Shown here one piece after another: positions 19,396 through 31,660 of a stretch of DNA of 64,000 bases. The first letter of the stretch is position 1, and the number at the start of each line of letters is the position of its first letter. The notes under the pieces were generated by a model. It worked only from the letters and a program-made list of their open reading frames with translations. It did no database searches and was not told the origin of the DNA. The stretch comes from a bacterium (GTDB lineage: Bacteria > Zhuqueibacterota > Zhuqueibacteria > Residuimicrobiales > Krinioviventaceae), in assembly GCA_963674595.2 (NCBI GenBank), contig CAXXFV010000016.1, positions 786,426-850,425 on the forward strand, read 5' to 3'. Position numbers and translations under genes: made by a program.

Positions 19396-22317
19396 TTAAA
19401 AATCCCACCCAAAGAAAAATTGTGTAAACCACCTGTGATTCATATCGTATTTCATGATTTTATATGGGTGTTCTTCATCAAGAAACAGGTTAAATTTTCG
19501 TCCCACATCAAAACGAAGAACCAGAACCCCTGCAAACTGAAACCGTATTCCGAATCCTGTTGAACCCAAAATCCGGTCCAGGTCATTGTCCCAGGCATTT
19601 CCGGCATCGACAAAAAGAGCGCCCCGAATGGAACTAAAGGCCAGGCCGCCGAATGGAAAGTGTACCATAAAACGATTTATAAATGGGAAACGCAGCTCCT
19701 GGCTCATAAAAGCCATTTTTGTTCCCCATATACGCCAAAAACTGTAACCTCGGAGGTCCCAGCTTCCGCCCATAAAAAATGGAGTTGATTCTTTACCATT
19801 ATTAATTTGCGTCCAGAAACGCATGGCATGAGACACGCTGGTATTCAGACGAAAGTAGCGTCGATAATCCAAAATGGTGGTAACAAAGTTTACATTGGAA
19901 TGTGCGACATCTATTGTATTGCCGATAGTAAAATTGATGCGTTCACCGTCAATGGGGCCTGTGGGTCCCCACAGAGACGTGTCTTTGATATAGGATGCAA
20001 AATTTGACACCAGCAGCGCTTTTCTGCGGTATTGGCTGGAGTACCATTCCTTATCCGAAGACCGGACGTTCAAACTGGCTTCGACGCGTTTGAATTTTGA
20101 AATCGGATAACTGATGGCGCCGAATCCGCCAAAGCGCCTTTCCCAAAACCAGGAATCATAAAGATTATAAAAACGACCGGCAAAATGATAAAACCCTATG
20201 GCTGTGTTTGTTCGTCGTGATAAATCCACCCGCGAAACAGCAAAATTAAAACTTTCCAAAAATTCATCGCGTGTACGTGCTGTGTTGTAGAGTAAAAAGA
20301 AATATTGATAGTTACCGAGCATATCTGAAATTGCCAATTGCATTCCACCGGATGTGCCAAAAATTGGGTCCTGGGTGATTTGACTTTGAGCAATATCAAG
20401 ATTGTATTTTGTTTTATATTTGATGCCGGCAGAACCGCTTTCTCCTCCAAGACGGTTGAATGCCCATGTTGAAAATTCAGGCGTAATCTCTCTTTTTACA
20501 ACAAGCGGCTGCTGCATAAATTTTTGGATCGGATTTTTGTATAAATGAATCTGAAAAGAGTGCTTTTCAAAAGCCGTATATAATAAATTTTCGGAATCGG
20601 TCCATTCCGGATCAAATGCGCCTGTTGTGAAAAATGTAACCTGCTTAAGTTGATACTCTCTGTTTAAATCTGTTAACCATTTGTTTTGCTCTAAAAAGTT
20701 GGGTGTTTTAGAGTTGGTATCCAAAAATGATTTTGATGCATTTTTTGTTTGTAGTATCCAGATGTTTGATGTACCGCTTCTGTCGGACGTAAAGGCCAGA
20801 TACTGACCATCGGGCGACCATTTGGGTGCACGGTCATGATGCGGACCTGTCGTAATATAATTAACAAGACCGGTTTTTAAATCATACGTGAAAAGGTTAT
20901 AGGCACCCTGTTTACCATGATAGCCGCGGTCGGAGCTGAATATGATATAGCGGTTATCCGGGGACCAGTTGGCATCAACATCATCAAAATGATCATCTGT
21001 TAGTCGGACAAGTTCCTGTGTTTCCCTCTCATAAATGTATAAATCACTTTTTCCGGTGAAACCAATTCCTGTAAAAACAATTTTTTGGTTATCCGGCGAC
21101 CAGGCCGGCGAGTAGATGGAGACAAGGTCTTTAAAATATTTTTTAGTGGTTATTTTATCTGTCTCAATATCCAGGATATATAGGTTGTCTTTTTCACCAC
21201 TTTTGGATATAAATGTCAGTTCTTTGTCTTTATTAACGGAAATATTACTGGACAACAGGTGAAAGGACTCGAATTCCGGTGTTCGTTCTCCGGCCACCAA
21301 TACCTTTGCTTTAACCTTAGATTCTACCGGAACCAGGGGCTGAATATAAATATTTGAATACCCTGTTCGGTTGGAAATATAAACAATAAAAGAGTCCTGA
21401 TCTTGTTTATAGAATGCCGGTTTAATATTGATGCCCTTATTGGTAATGGGCGTGCTGATCATAGATGCGGAATCGTTGTCTTCAAGTAAGGGATATTTTT
21501 GTTTTTTAAGGGCATATTCCCATTCTTTGTTAAATTCAACAAAGTTTTTACCCAGGGTGATTTTCATAACATTTGAAAACTGGCGTGTCATCCAGACGTT
21601 TTCTATGAGCTGCAATATTTTTTCATCACCATAGTTTTCGGCAATATATTTAACAATAGCCTGACCCTCTTTATACATTAAAAAGGATCCGGAAATTTGA
21701 TACAGATTTTGAATTGGAAACAGATAATCGTTTAGAATGGCGTCACGAATAAACATCTCTGCCTGCGAGTCCCAACCTGTTGACCAATATTCTGCCAACC
21801 CCTCAATGAACCATAAAGGCATTCCGGGATGATTGAGTTGGCGATGGTCTTTAATTATCCGGTTATATTTACTCATTGTAAAAACATGCACGAGCTCGTG
21901 CTGAATTACATGTTTAAAATCCGGGATGGACCCGTTAGCCGGAACAACGACACGTCCTTTTAAAAATTCAAAAAATCCGCCAACGCCTTCCTGAACCATA
22001 TAGGGAGTCGTGTTTGTTTCCTGAAAATGGGCGTGAGTGGCGTAAAATATTAAAGGAATTTTCTGTGCGATGTTGTGATTAAATTTTGTTTCCAAAAGTG
22101 TATAAACATTCTCTGCGTGTGCTGCTCCTATTTCCGCCAGTTCACGCATTTCAGGATAATAGTAAATATCAAAGTGTTCTGTTTTAAGAATATGCCAGTC
22201 AAATTGATTGTACTGTATTTTATTTCGGCCAAAATAGTATTGGGCGTACCCCTGGGAATAAAAAATCGTACACAAGAGGAATAAAATTATAAACAGGTGA
22301 GGCCATTTTAATTTCAT
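19396..22317 (-). CDS. Omp85/BamA-family protein with N-terminal zinc-peptidase (MA clan) domain and PD40/TolB-like propeller
   Basis: signal peptide; HELVH plus WFIEGLAEY; WSPD repeats; LRGY loop motif, FVDAGNAW, C-terminal FFFGWDF beta-signal. Confidence 0.88.
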   Translation of the reverse strand: MKLKWPHLFIILFLLCTIFYSQGYAQYYFGRNKIQYNQFDWHILKTEHFDIYYYPEMRELAEIGAAHAENVYTLLETKFNHNIAQKIPLIFYATHAHFQETNTTPYMVQEGVGGFFEFLKGRVVVPANGSIPDFKHVIQHELVHVFTMSKYNRIIKDHRQLNHPGMPLWFIEGLAEYWSTGWDSQAEMFIRDAILNDYLFPIQNLYQISGSFLMYKEGQAIVKYIAENYGDEKILQLIENVWMTRQFSNVMKITLGKNFVEFNKEWEYALKKQKYPLLEDNDSASMISTPITNKGINIKPAFYKQDQDSFIVYISNRTGYSNIYIQPLVPVESKVKAKVLVAGERTPEFESFHLLSSNISVNKDKELTFISKSGEKDNLYILDIETDKITTKKYFKDLVSIYSPAWSPDNQKIVFTGIGFTGKSDLYIYERETQELVRLTDDHFDDVDANWSPDNRYIIFSSDRGYHGKQGAYNLFTYDLKTGLVNYITTGPHHDRAPKWSPDGQYLAFTSDRSGTSNIWILQTKNASKSFLDTNSKTPNFLEQNKWLTDLNREYQLKQVTFFTTGAFDPEWTDSENLLYTAFEKHSFQIHLYKNPIQKFMQQPLVVKREITPEFSTWAFNRLGGESGSAGIKYKTKYNLDIAQSQITQDPIFGTSGGMQLAISDMLGNYQYFFLLYNTARTRDEFLESFNFAVSRVDLSRRTNTAIGFYHFAGRFYNLYDSWFWERRFGGFGAISYPISKFKRVEASLNVRSSDKEWYSSQYRRKALLVSNFASYIKDTSLWGPTGPIDGERINFTIGNTIDVAHSNVNFVTTILDYRRYFRLNTSVSHAMRFWTQINNGKESTPFFMGGSWDLRGYSFWRIWGTKMAFMSQELRFPFINRFMVHFPFGGLAFSSIRGALFVDAGNAWDNDLDRILGSTGFGIRFQFAGVLVLRFDVGRKFNLFLDEEHPYKIMKYDMNHRWFTQFFFGWDF

Positions 22318-22400
22318 GAAACTAATATTTACCTTTAATTCGAGTTAGGGTTAACAGTTATAGACAGATTATATTTAAACTCACTATATCGGGACAAGTT

Positions 22401-23522
22401 TCATTCTTGCAAATTTTTTTCATAAAAACGATATGTTTTATATTGTTCTGCATTCAGGTCCTTTAAAGCACCAATCATACGCTGATTTGTTTCTACAATG
22501 ATGGAACATTCGGAATCTTCATAACCCATTTCTCTGCCTTTTTCAATTGTATTCAGATAAAAGACGATATCCAGCCCGCGATGTCTGTGTTCTTTTAATA
22601 CACCCATGGCAATCGTACGGACTCGTTTTGTTTTATTAATATTAAGTAATATTTTTAACAATCCAAAAGGCCAAAGTCTTCCATTTGCTTTTTTTAGGGC
22701 AGGATTTGCATCTTTAATTGTTAAAGAAAAACCAACGACCTGGTCGTCAATATAAGCCAGATAGGTCATTTCCGGTATAACGATCATCCGCAGTTCTTTT
22801 GCCAAATGCTCGAGCTGTTTTTCTGTTAAAGGAACATGTCCCCAGTTTTCCATCCAGGCATCGCTAAAAATAATGCCCACATCCTTGACAGCATTATCAA
22901 AATTTTTCATATCCAGGGGTACTATTTTTATGTCCCCTTGTTTTAGAATTCTATCCCGGATTTTGTAAAAAGTCTTTTTAATTTCAATACTTTTATTAAC
23001 AAGAAAGGCATACCAGTCAATAGATTTCACAAGACCGGCGTTTTTTACAAGATCGTTGTAATAGGGTGGATTATAGGAAAGTAAAATAACCGGTATAGAG
23101 TCGTATCCGTCATATAACATACCGCTTTCGTCGTAAAGTGAAAAACTTTGTGGGCCCAGTATTTTTGTTTTACCTTTTTTTCTCAGCCAATCACATGCCG
23201 CATCAAACAAGGCATTGGCAGCTTTTTGATTGTTTTCGCACTCGAAAAAACCGAAAAAACCGGTTTCCTTGTCATGATATTTTTCAAATTGATGATTAAT
23301 ATGAGCAGAAATACGTCCGACCGGTTTTCCGCCGTCATAAGCAATAAAATATTCTGCCTCCCCTAATGTAAAGAATACACCCTTGTTTTTATTTAGAAAA
23401 TTGAGTTGATCTGAAATAAGGGGGGGGACCCAGTAGGGATCGTTTTTATAAATTTGCCATTTGAGTTTGATAAATTTTTTCAAGTCTGCTTTTGTTTCAA
23501 CTTTTTTAATTTGGATATCCAT
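22401..23522 (-). CDS. GNAT-family N-acetyltransferase (YghO-like)
   Basis: WVPPL, GRISA, GFFGFFE, YNPPYY, NWGHVP, GV..EHRHRG. Confidence 0.8.
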   Translation of the reverse strand: MDIQIKKVETKADLKKFIKLKWQIYKNDPYWVPPLISDQLNFLNKNKGVFFTLGEAEYFIAYDGGKPVGRISAHINHQFEKYHDKETGFFGFFECENNQKAANALFDAACDWLRKKGKTKILGPQSFSLYDESGMLYDGYDSIPVILLSYNPPYYNDLVKNAGLVKSIDWYAFLVNKSIEIKKTFYKIRDRILKQGDIKIVPLDMKNFDNAVKDVGIIFSDAWMENWGHVPLTEKQLEHLAKELRMIVIPEMTYLAYIDDQVVGFSLTIKDANPALKKANGRLWPFGLLKILLNINKTKRVRTIAMGVLKEHRHRGLDIVFYLNTIEKGREMGYEDSECSIIVETNQRMIGALKDLNAEQYKTYRFYEKNLQE

Positions 23523-23586
23523 GGACGTTCTGCTCCAATGCTTGTTTTCTGTATGACGTATTTAAAGATATTTTATAAAAAAAGTA

Positions 23587-23615
23587 TTGCTCTTTTGTTA
23601 AAAGAATGTTATATT
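23587..23615 (+). promoter_or_regulatory. sigma70-type promoter of rpsT
   Basis: TTGCTC-N17-TATATT with extended TG. Confidence 0.45.
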
Positions 23616-23650
23616 TTAATCTTGGAAAAAAATGAAAGGTGAAATTTAAA

Positions 23651-23902
23651 ATGGCACATCATAAATCGACAATTAAAAGAATCCAAACAAACGCTCGTGA
23701 CAATCTGAGAAACAAGGCTTATATGTCTTCCTTGCGAACACAGGTGAAAAAAGTTCGTTCAGCAACCACAAGAGAAGAAGCCGAAGTATTGTATAAAAAA
23801 GTTTCTTCATTATTAGACAAACTGGCAAATAAAAACATTATTCATAAAAATAAAGCTGCTAATCAGAAATCAAAATTAGCTTTGGTTGTAAACAAGTTAT
23901 AA
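23651..23902 (+). CDS. rpsT: 30S ribosomal protein S20
   Basis: MAHHKSTIKRIQTN...IIHKNKAANQKSKL. Confidence 0.97.
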   Translation: MAHHKSTIKRIQTNARDNLRNKAYMSSLRTQVKKVRSATTREEAEVLYKKVSSLLDKLANKNIIHKNKAANQKSKLALVVNKL

Positions 23903-23931
23903 TTTCGGTTAGCAAAGTTTTTTAATAGATT

Positions 23932-23962
23932 GTCTGGCACTTTATAAATGCCAGACTTTTTT
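23932..23962 (+). terminator. intrinsic terminator after rpsT
   Basis: GTCTGGCA/TGCCAGAC stem followed by a T-tract. Confidence 0.75.
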
Positions 23963-24021
23963 ATGTTTTTAACAGGGATAGTAAATTTCCCCCCCATCCT
24001 TTATTTACTTTACTTTTTTTA

Positions 24022-25488
<1,467 letters not shown>

Positions 25489-25507
25489 TTATTCTCCAAG
25501 TTTTCTA

Positions 25508-27034
25508 CTATAGTGTGTTGATAACACTTTCTACAGCTTCTACGATTACATTTTCTTCGATAAGTTGTTTTATTTTATTAATATCTTTTTGTAAAAAACG
25601 ATCACGATGCATCGCCGGAATTGTTTCTCTGATTTTTTGAAAAGCCGGATATGTTCCCTTGCCGGGTTTAAGGTCTTTTCTAAAATCGATTGCCTGACAC
25701 CCTGCCAGTAATTCAATTCCTATTATAGTTTCTACATTGTCAAGAACTTCAAATGCCTTTCGTGCGGCATGTGTTCCCATGCTTACAAAATCTTCCTGGT
25801 TTGCCGAAGTTGGTATTGAATCGACAGAGGCAGGATGACAAAGTACCTTGTTTTCTGAAACAAGCGCTGCTGCGGTAACCTGAGCAATCATAAAACCGGA
25901 ATTGGTCCCGCTGTTTGATGCTAAAAATGGCGGTAATCCGCTTTGGTTTGTATCCATCAAATTTTCTAAACGACGTTCTGAAATGTTTGCCAGTTGGGCC
26001 AGTGCTATGGCCATTGTATCACACGCTAATGAAATGGGTTGACCGTGAAAATTTCCGCCTGATAATATTTCATGCTCTGTCGGAAAAACCAAAGGGTTAT
26101 CGGTTGATGCATTTAATTCTATGGTAACCATTTGTTCGACAAAATCAATGGCGTGTCGAACAGCGCTATGGACCTGTGGAATACATCTTGAACTGTAGGC
26201 ATCCTGAACTTTTCCGCAGTCTTTGTGTGATTCAACAATTTCACTGTCTGCCATTAGTTTTTCAAGATTGGCACCAACCTCGATCTGATGTTTAAATCCT
26301 CTTGCTTTTTGGATGCGATGGTCAAATGCCACCTTTGTACCTAATAAACTTTCAACAGTGATGGCCCCGGCAATATCGGCCAGTTTTAACAGATTTTTGG
26401 CTCTGTATAAGGCCAAAGCCGCATAAGCTGTCATAATTTGTGTGCCGTTTAACAGGGCCAGCCCCTCTTTTGCCTTTAATTTTAAAGGTTTTAGCTGAAT
26501 GGCTGATAAAGCTTCTTTTCCACTTATTTTTTTATCGTTAAACCAGGCATCGCCCAAACCAAGCATAACCAGTGTCATGTGTGAAAGTGGAGCCAGGTCT
26601 CCGGATGCGCCAACTGAGCCTTTTTTAGGAACGCAGGGGATTACACCGTTGTTTAACATTTTTATTAGAAATTCTGCAACAAGAGGTCGTGTTCCGGAAA
26701 ATCCTTTGCAAAGAGCGTTAGCTTTTAAAAGCATTGCAGCCCTTATAACATCTTGCGGTATTAATTCGCCTGTACCACAAGCATGACTTAAAACCAGGTT
26801 TAGCTGAAGTTCTTCAAGTTCATCTTGCGGAATGTGAATGTTGGCTAGTTTACCGAAACCTGTATTAATACCGTAGGCAATTTGTCCTTCAGCGATTATT
26901 TCTTCTATACACTGACGTGATGTTTCCATACATTTGAGGGCTGACGAGGCTATCTTGACATGACGGTTTTTAAGAGCTACCAGATATGTGTTTTCTAATG
27001 TAAGAGAATTGCCATTGATAGTAATGGAATGCAT
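25508..27034 (-). CDS. hutH: histidine ammonia-lyase
   Basis: YGINTGFG, LSHA, MIO motif GASGDL, QDAYS.RC, GGNFHG. Confidence 0.96.
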   Translation of the reverse strand: MHSITINGNSLTLENTYLVALKNRHVKIASSALKCMETSRQCIEEIIAEGQIAYGINTGFGKLANIHIPQDELEELQLNLVLSHACGTGELIPQDVIRAAMLLKANALCKGFSGTRPLVAEFLIKMLNNGVIPCVPKKGSVGASGDLAPLSHMTLVMLGLGDAWFNDKKISGKEALSAIQLKPLKLKAKEGLALLNGTQIMTAYAALALYRAKNLLKLADIAGAITVESLLGTKVAFDHRIQKARGFKHQIEVGANLEKLMADSEIVESHKDCGKVQDAYSSRCIPQVHSAVRHAIDFVEQMVTIELNASTDNPLVFPTEHEILSGGNFHGQPISLACDTMAIALAQLANISERRLENLMDTNQSGLPPFLASNSGTNSGFMIAQVTAAALVSENKVLCHPASVDSIPTSANQEDFVSMGTHAARKAFEVLDNVETIIGIELLAGCQAIDFRKDLKPGKGTYPAFQKIRETIPAMHRDRFLQKDINKIKQLIEENVIVEAVESVINTL

Positions 27035-27069
27035 AAAAAAGACATCCTAAAAATCGATCACGTTTTGGA

Positions 27070-27098
27070 ATAATACAGAAAATTTAACAAAGAATCAA
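27070..27098 (-). promoter_or_regulatory. sigma70-type promoter for hutH-guaB
   Basis: TTGATT-N17-TATTAT. Confidence 0.45.
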
Positions 27099-27140
27099 CT
27101 TGTTTTTAAATTCTGTATGTTGCGCAGGGTAAAGTAATAT

Positions 27141-27167
27141 AAAAAAAGCGGCTGTTAAGCCGCTTTT
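27141..27167 (-). terminator. intrinsic terminator after the lytic transglycosylase gene
   Basis: AAAAGCGGCT-N4-AGCCGCTTTT hairpin with a U-tract on the minus strand. Confidence 0.8.
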
Positions 27168-27172
27168 ACATT

Positions 27173-27865
27173 TTACATTACATCTATTGAACGAAATTCG
27201 TCATACCATTTCAGGACAGCCGGTATGTAATTTCGGGTTTCGCTGTATAACAGATTATTGTTTTTATTAGAGGCCAACCATCTTTCAGCATGGCGCGGGC
27301 CTGCATTATAGGCGGCTAGTCCGCCGTCTTTGTCATACATCGTTACCAAGTCACTTAGATATCTGCATCCGAGTTGAATATTTTTAATCGGATCAAAAAG
27401 AATTTTTTCTGGTGTTGTCCATTCCAAGCCTTCTTCAACAGCCAAAAATGCACCGGTTGCCGGCATAACCTGCATAAGTCCCATAGCGCCGACATGTGAG
27501 GTAACCATAGGGTTCCATGTTTTAGCGCTTTCATGAGTTATAGTCGCATTTATAAAATCGACATTCAGATTGGGATATTTTTGACTCATGATATAAATTT
27601 CTGAAGCTATATTTTCTTTTTGGTTGCTGTTCAGATTTGTGTTAAAACGGGAAATAATGTCGACTGTCTTTTTAATATGTGTTCTTCTGTCCTGGTCTAT
27701 GACATTTAATATATTTTGTGATTGTATTTTATAATTTATTTTATTAACTTTTGCTTTTAATAAATAATCATGATTTAGATTTATAAGAGCACTTGTTAAA
27801 ATAATTATGAACAATACCACAATTACAACCCATTTCCCAATGCTTAAGCGAAGCCCCTTGCTCAT
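27173..27865 (-). CDS. membrane-anchored lytic transglycosylase (SLT domain)
   Basis: HES catalytic Glu, GAMGLMQVMP, AAYNAG, ETRNY; N-terminal TM. Confidence 0.9.
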   Translation of the reverse strand: MSKGLRLSIGKWVVIVVLFIIILTSALINLNHDYLLKAKVNKINYKIQSQNILNVIDQDRRTHIKKTVDIISRFNTNLNSNQKENIASEIYIMSQKYPNLNVDFINATITHESAKTWNPMVTSHVGAMGLMQVMPATGAFLAVEEGLEWTTPEKILFDPIKNIQLGCRYLSDLVTMYDKDGGLAAYNAGPRHAERWLASNKNNNLLYSETRNYIPAVLKWYDEFRSIDVM

Positions 27866-28167
27866 AATCTTTATCCTTTCCTTCTTCTATTCTCATTATT
27901 ATTACAATTTCAAATAAACACTAAATTCACAAATTTTATTTCATTTGTGGATTTATCGGGATAAATACAAGTATTATGCCATACTTTTGAAAAATAATAA
28001 AAATAGGGTGGAAAGATATAAAAAGATGTTATAAATTATATGATTATAACAGTTTTTAATTAGTAAAAATAGTTATATCCAGAGTGTTTTTGATATTAAT
28101 TTTGTGGCTTATATTGGTCATTAATATCTCAAAATGTTACATTTTAATCGGGCGTTTAAATACGATC

Positions 28168-28196
28168 TTGACAAGAAACTAAAACTTTATTATACT
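28168..28196 (+). promoter_or_regulatory. sigma70-type promoter of pckG
   Basis: TTGACA-N17-TATACT, near consensus. Confidence 0.7.
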
Positions 28197-28297
28197 AAAA
28201 GACAGGATACACTTATAATATAGAAAATGTTTCAAGTTAATGATTAGCCTGGTTATATTAATTCACCAATGAATCTATTCATTAACAAGGAGTAAAC

Positions 28298-30088
28298 ATG
28301 ACGACGAACTTGAAACTGAACAAATGGGTTGAGGAAATGGCCGCCATGTGTCAGCCAGACCAGATCCATTGGTGCGATGGTTCACAGAAAGAATATGATT
28401 ATCTCTGTGATCTCATGGTAAAATCTGGTACATTTATCAAATTGAATGATGATAAAAGACCCGGAAGCTATCTTTGCCAATCTGATCCTCGTGATGTAGC
28501 CAGGGTAGAAGATAGAACATTTATCTGTTCAAAAACTCAGGATGATGCCGGACCAACGAATAATTGGAAAGATCCTGATGAAATGAAAGATATAATGAAA
28601 AAACTTTATGCCGGTTGTATGAAGGGAAGAACAATGTATGTTATTCCTTTTAGTATGGGACCTATCGGTTCGGATATTTCTCATATCGGTATAGAGTTGA
28701 CGGATTCTCCGTATGTTGTTGCAAATATGCGTATAATGACCCGAATGGGAAAAGCAGTGTTGGATCAGTTAGGCGACGGAGAGTTTGTAGAATGTCTGCA
28801 CTCTGTTGGTATGCCATTGGAACCTGGCCAAAAAGATGTTCCATGGCCATGTAATGCTGAAAACAAGTATATCGTGCATTTCCCGGAAGATCGTATGATT
28901 TGGTCTTATGGAAGTGGTTATGGCGGCAATGCCCTTTTGGGTAAAAAATGTTTTGCTTTACGTATTGCTTCTGTAGTGGCACGAGATCAAGGTTGGATGG
29001 CAGAACACATGCTGATTTTGGGTATTACGAATCCGGAAGGTGTTAAGAAATATATCGCAGCTGCATTTCCAAGTGCATGTGGAAAAACAAATCTTGCCAT
29101 GCTTATTCCCACTCTGCCGGGATGGAAAGTTGAATGTGTTGGTGATGATATTGCCTGGATGCGTTTCCGTGAAGATGGACGGCTATATGCCATTAATCCG
29201 GAGTTTGGATTTTTTGGTGTTGCTCCTGGAACATCTATGGATTCTAATCCCAACGCAATGCTGTCATTAACCAAAAATTCAATTTTTACCAATGTCGCAC
29301 TGACACCGGATGGTGATGTATGGTGGGAACAAATGACGGACGAAAAACCGGCCAAACTTACAAGCTGGATTGGTGAAGATTGGACCCCTGATTCAGGAAA
29401 AGTCTCTTCTCACCCCAATGCTCGTTTCACAGCACCGGCATCTCAATGTCCGGTGATTGATCCTGATTGGGAAAATCCACGTGGTGTGCCAATTTCCGCT
29501 ATTTTATTTGGTGGACGACGACCTTCTGTTGTGCCGTTGATTCATCAGGCTTTTAGCTGGAAGCATGGTACATTTTTAGGTTCAATTGTTTCTTCAGAAA
29601 AAACAGCTGCTGCAGCCGGAAAAGTTGGTGAACTCCGCCGCGACCCAATGGCTATGTTGCCTTTCTGTGGTTATCATATGGGTGATTATTTCAAATATTG
29701 GTTGTCCATTGCGGATCGGTCCGGTGAAGAAAATCTACCCAAGATATTCTATGTTAACTGGTTCCGCAAAGATAAAGATGGAAACTGGTTATGGCCGGGA
29801 TATGGTGAAAACAGCCGCGTTTTAAAATGGATATTTGAACGATGTGAAGGTGCCACAAACGCAGTTGAAACACCAATTGGTTATGTTCCTACCAATGATG
29901 CTATTGATACTAACGGATTGGATATTGATGAAAAAGCAATGAAGGAATTGCTAAACGTTAATTCCGATGATTGGTTGAACGAAATTGACAGCATTAAAGA
30001 ACATTTTGCCAAATTTGGAGAAAAGCTCCCGGAAGAGCTGAAAAACCAATTAACGGCCCTAGAAGATCGTTTAAAAGCTGCAAAATAA
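28298..30088 (+). CDS. pckG: phosphoenolpyruvate carboxykinase (GTP)
   Basis: [49 protein letters not shown]. Confidence 0.98.
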   Translation: MTTNLKLNKWVEEMAAMCQPDQIHWCDGSQKEYDYLCDLMVKSGTFIKLNDDKRPGSYLCQSDPRDVARVEDRTFICSKTQDDAGPTNNWKDPDEMKDIMKKLYAGCMKGRTMYVIPFSMGPIGSDISHIGIELTDSPYVVANMRIMTRMGKAVLDQLGDGEFVECLHSVGMPLEPGQKDVPWPCNAENKYIVHFPEDRMIWSYGSGYGGNALLGKKCFALRIASVVARDQGWMAEHMLILGITNPEGVKKYIAAAFPSACGKTNLAMLIPTLPGWKVECVGDDIAWMRFREDGRLYAINPEFGFFGVAPGTSMDSNPNAMLSLTKNSIFTNVALTPDGDVWWEQMTDEKPAKLTSWIGEDWTPDSGKVSSHPNARFTAPASQCPVIDPDWENPRGVPISAILFGGRRPSVVPLIHQAFSWKHGTFLGSIVSSEKTAAAAGKVGELRRDPMAMLPFCGYHMGDYFKYWLSIADRSGEENLPKIFYVNWFRKDKDGNWLWPGYGENSRVLKWIFERCEGATNAVETPIGYVPTNDAIDTNGLDIDEKAMKELLNVNSDDWLNEIDSIKEHFAKFGEKLPEELKNQLTALEDRLKAAK

Positions 30089-30100
30089 TGTAATTAATAG

Positions 30101-30135
30101 TTGCCGGTTGAGAATATCAACCGGCAATTTTTTTT
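30101..30135 (+). terminator. intrinsic terminator after pckG
   Basis: TTGCCGGTTGA/TCAACCGGCAA stem plus T-tract. Confidence 0.85.
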
Positions 30136-30209
30136 CATTTCATTTTTGAGATTTTTCCAAGTTGGTCGTTTAGTACCCTGGTTAACATTTTATTGAGGAG
30201 GACAAAAGT

Positions 30210-31052
30210 ATGAGAAAAGTGTCCGCAAAAACCATAACAAACCAAGTTGCCAAAATTTGTGTTGATGCAAATTATTTACTTGATCAGGATGTTGTCGATG
30301 CTCTGGAACAGGGTTTGGATAATGAAGACTCTCCAACAGGAAAAGCAATTCTCGAACAGATTATTCAGAATGCAAAAATTGCCAAAGAAGGGGTGTTTCC
30401 TCTTTGTCAGGACACCGGTTTTTCCGTTTTTTTTGTGGAACTCGGACAGGATGTACACATTGAGGATGGAAGTTTAAATGAGGCCATTACCGAAGGTGTC
30501 CGTAAGGGATATGGTGAAGGTTACTTGAGAAAATCTATTGTTGAAGATCCGCTACGTCGAATAAATACCAAAGACAATACGCCACCGATTATCTGGACTG
30601 ATATCGTTCCGGGTGATAAAATTAAAATTACAATTGCTCCAAAAGGCGGGGGAAGCGAAAACATGAGTGAAGTTGCCATGCTGAAACCTGCGGACGGTGC
30701 AGAGGGTGTTAAACGTTTTGTGATCGATAAAGTAAGCCGGTCGGGCGGAAACCCTTGCCCGCCAATTGTTGTGGGTGTCGGTATCGGCGGTACGTTTGAG
30801 AAAGTTGCCTGGTTGGCCAAAAAAGCAATATTAAGACCTATTGGTGTTCGCCATCACGATGCCTATTATGCTGAAATGGAAGAGGAATTACTTGATAAGG
30901 TTAATAAACTTGGTATCGGACCCCAGGGATTGGGAGGGCGTATCACTGCGCTCGATGTTCATGTTGAAGTTTTTCCATGTCATATTGCCTCGTTACCTGC
31001 TGCTGTTAATATTCAATGCCATGCAGACAGACATAAAACCGTAATAATTTAG
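30210..31052 (+). CDS. Fe-S fumarate hydratase/tartrate dehydratase alpha subunit
   Basis: CQDTG, KGGGSEN, GGNPCPP, GPQGLGG, HIASLP, QCHA. Confidence 0.93.
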   Translation: MRKVSAKTITNQVAKICVDANYLLDQDVVDALEQGLDNEDSPTGKAILEQIIQNAKIAKEGVFPLCQDTGFSVFFVELGQDVHIEDGSLNEAITEGVRKGYGEGYLRKSIVEDPLRRINTKDNTPPIIWTDIVPGDKIKITIAPKGGGSENMSEVAMLKPADGAEGVKRFVIDKVSRSGGNPCPPIVVGVGIGGTFEKVAWLAKKAILRPIGVRHHDAYYAEMEEELLDKVNKLGIGPQGLGGRITALDVHVEVFPCHIASLPAAVNIQCHADRHKTVII

Positions 31053-31093
31053 AGGAACTATTTTTTTTCCTTAAAGAAAATGGGAGTTTAATT

Positions 31094-31651
31094 ATGGCAA
31101 ATGTAAAAAAACTAAAAACTCCGCTAACCGATGAGGATGTAAAAGATTTAAAAGCGGGAGACAGTGTATTAATCACCGGCCCCATCCTTACTGCGCGTGA
31201 TGCTGCTCATAAAAAACTTGTAGAGCTTTTAGAGGCAAACGAACCTCTTCCTATAGATTTAAAAGGACATCTTGTTTATTATGTAGGGCCATCACCGGCC
31301 CGTCCCGGACAGATTATTGGATCTGCCGGCCCAACAACAAGCTATAGAATGGACCCCTATGCTCCTCTAATTTTGGCCGAAGGATCAAAAGGAATGATCG
31401 GTAAAGGAGAGATGGGCCCTGAAGTTGCGGCTGCCTTGAAACGTTATAAGGGTGTCTATTTTGTTGCTGTTGGTGGTGCTGCCGCGTTGATTGCCCGTTC
31501 TATTAAAAAGAGTGAAATTGTTGCCTATGAAGAACTGGGCGCGGAGGCGATCCGGCGGTTAGAGGTGGAAGATTTTCCGGCTATTGTGGCGCAAGACAGT
31601 CATGGCGGGAATAGTTTTGTTGACGGCCGAAAAACGTATAGTAAAGATTGA
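31094..31651 (+). CDS. Fe-S fumarate hydratase/tartrate dehydratase beta subunit
   Basis: TARDAAH, GPTTSYRM, IGKG, ELGAEA. Confidence 0.93.
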   Translation: MANVKKLKTPLTDEDVKDLKAGDSVLITGPILTARDAAHKKLVELLEANEPLPIDLKGHLVYYVGPSPARPGQIIGSAGPTTSYRMDPYAPLILAEGSKGMIGKGEMGPEVAAALKRYKGVYFVAVGGAAALIARSIKKSEIVAYEELGAEAIRRLEVEDFPAIVAQDSHGGNSFVDGRKTYSKD

Positions 31652-31660
31652 GTATCCATT

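Noticed and set aside
27866-28297. Long AT-rich intergenic region as an ncRNA, riboswitch or origin
   Set aside because: No stable structure, DnaA-box cluster or riboswitch motif recognised; divergent promoters explain it
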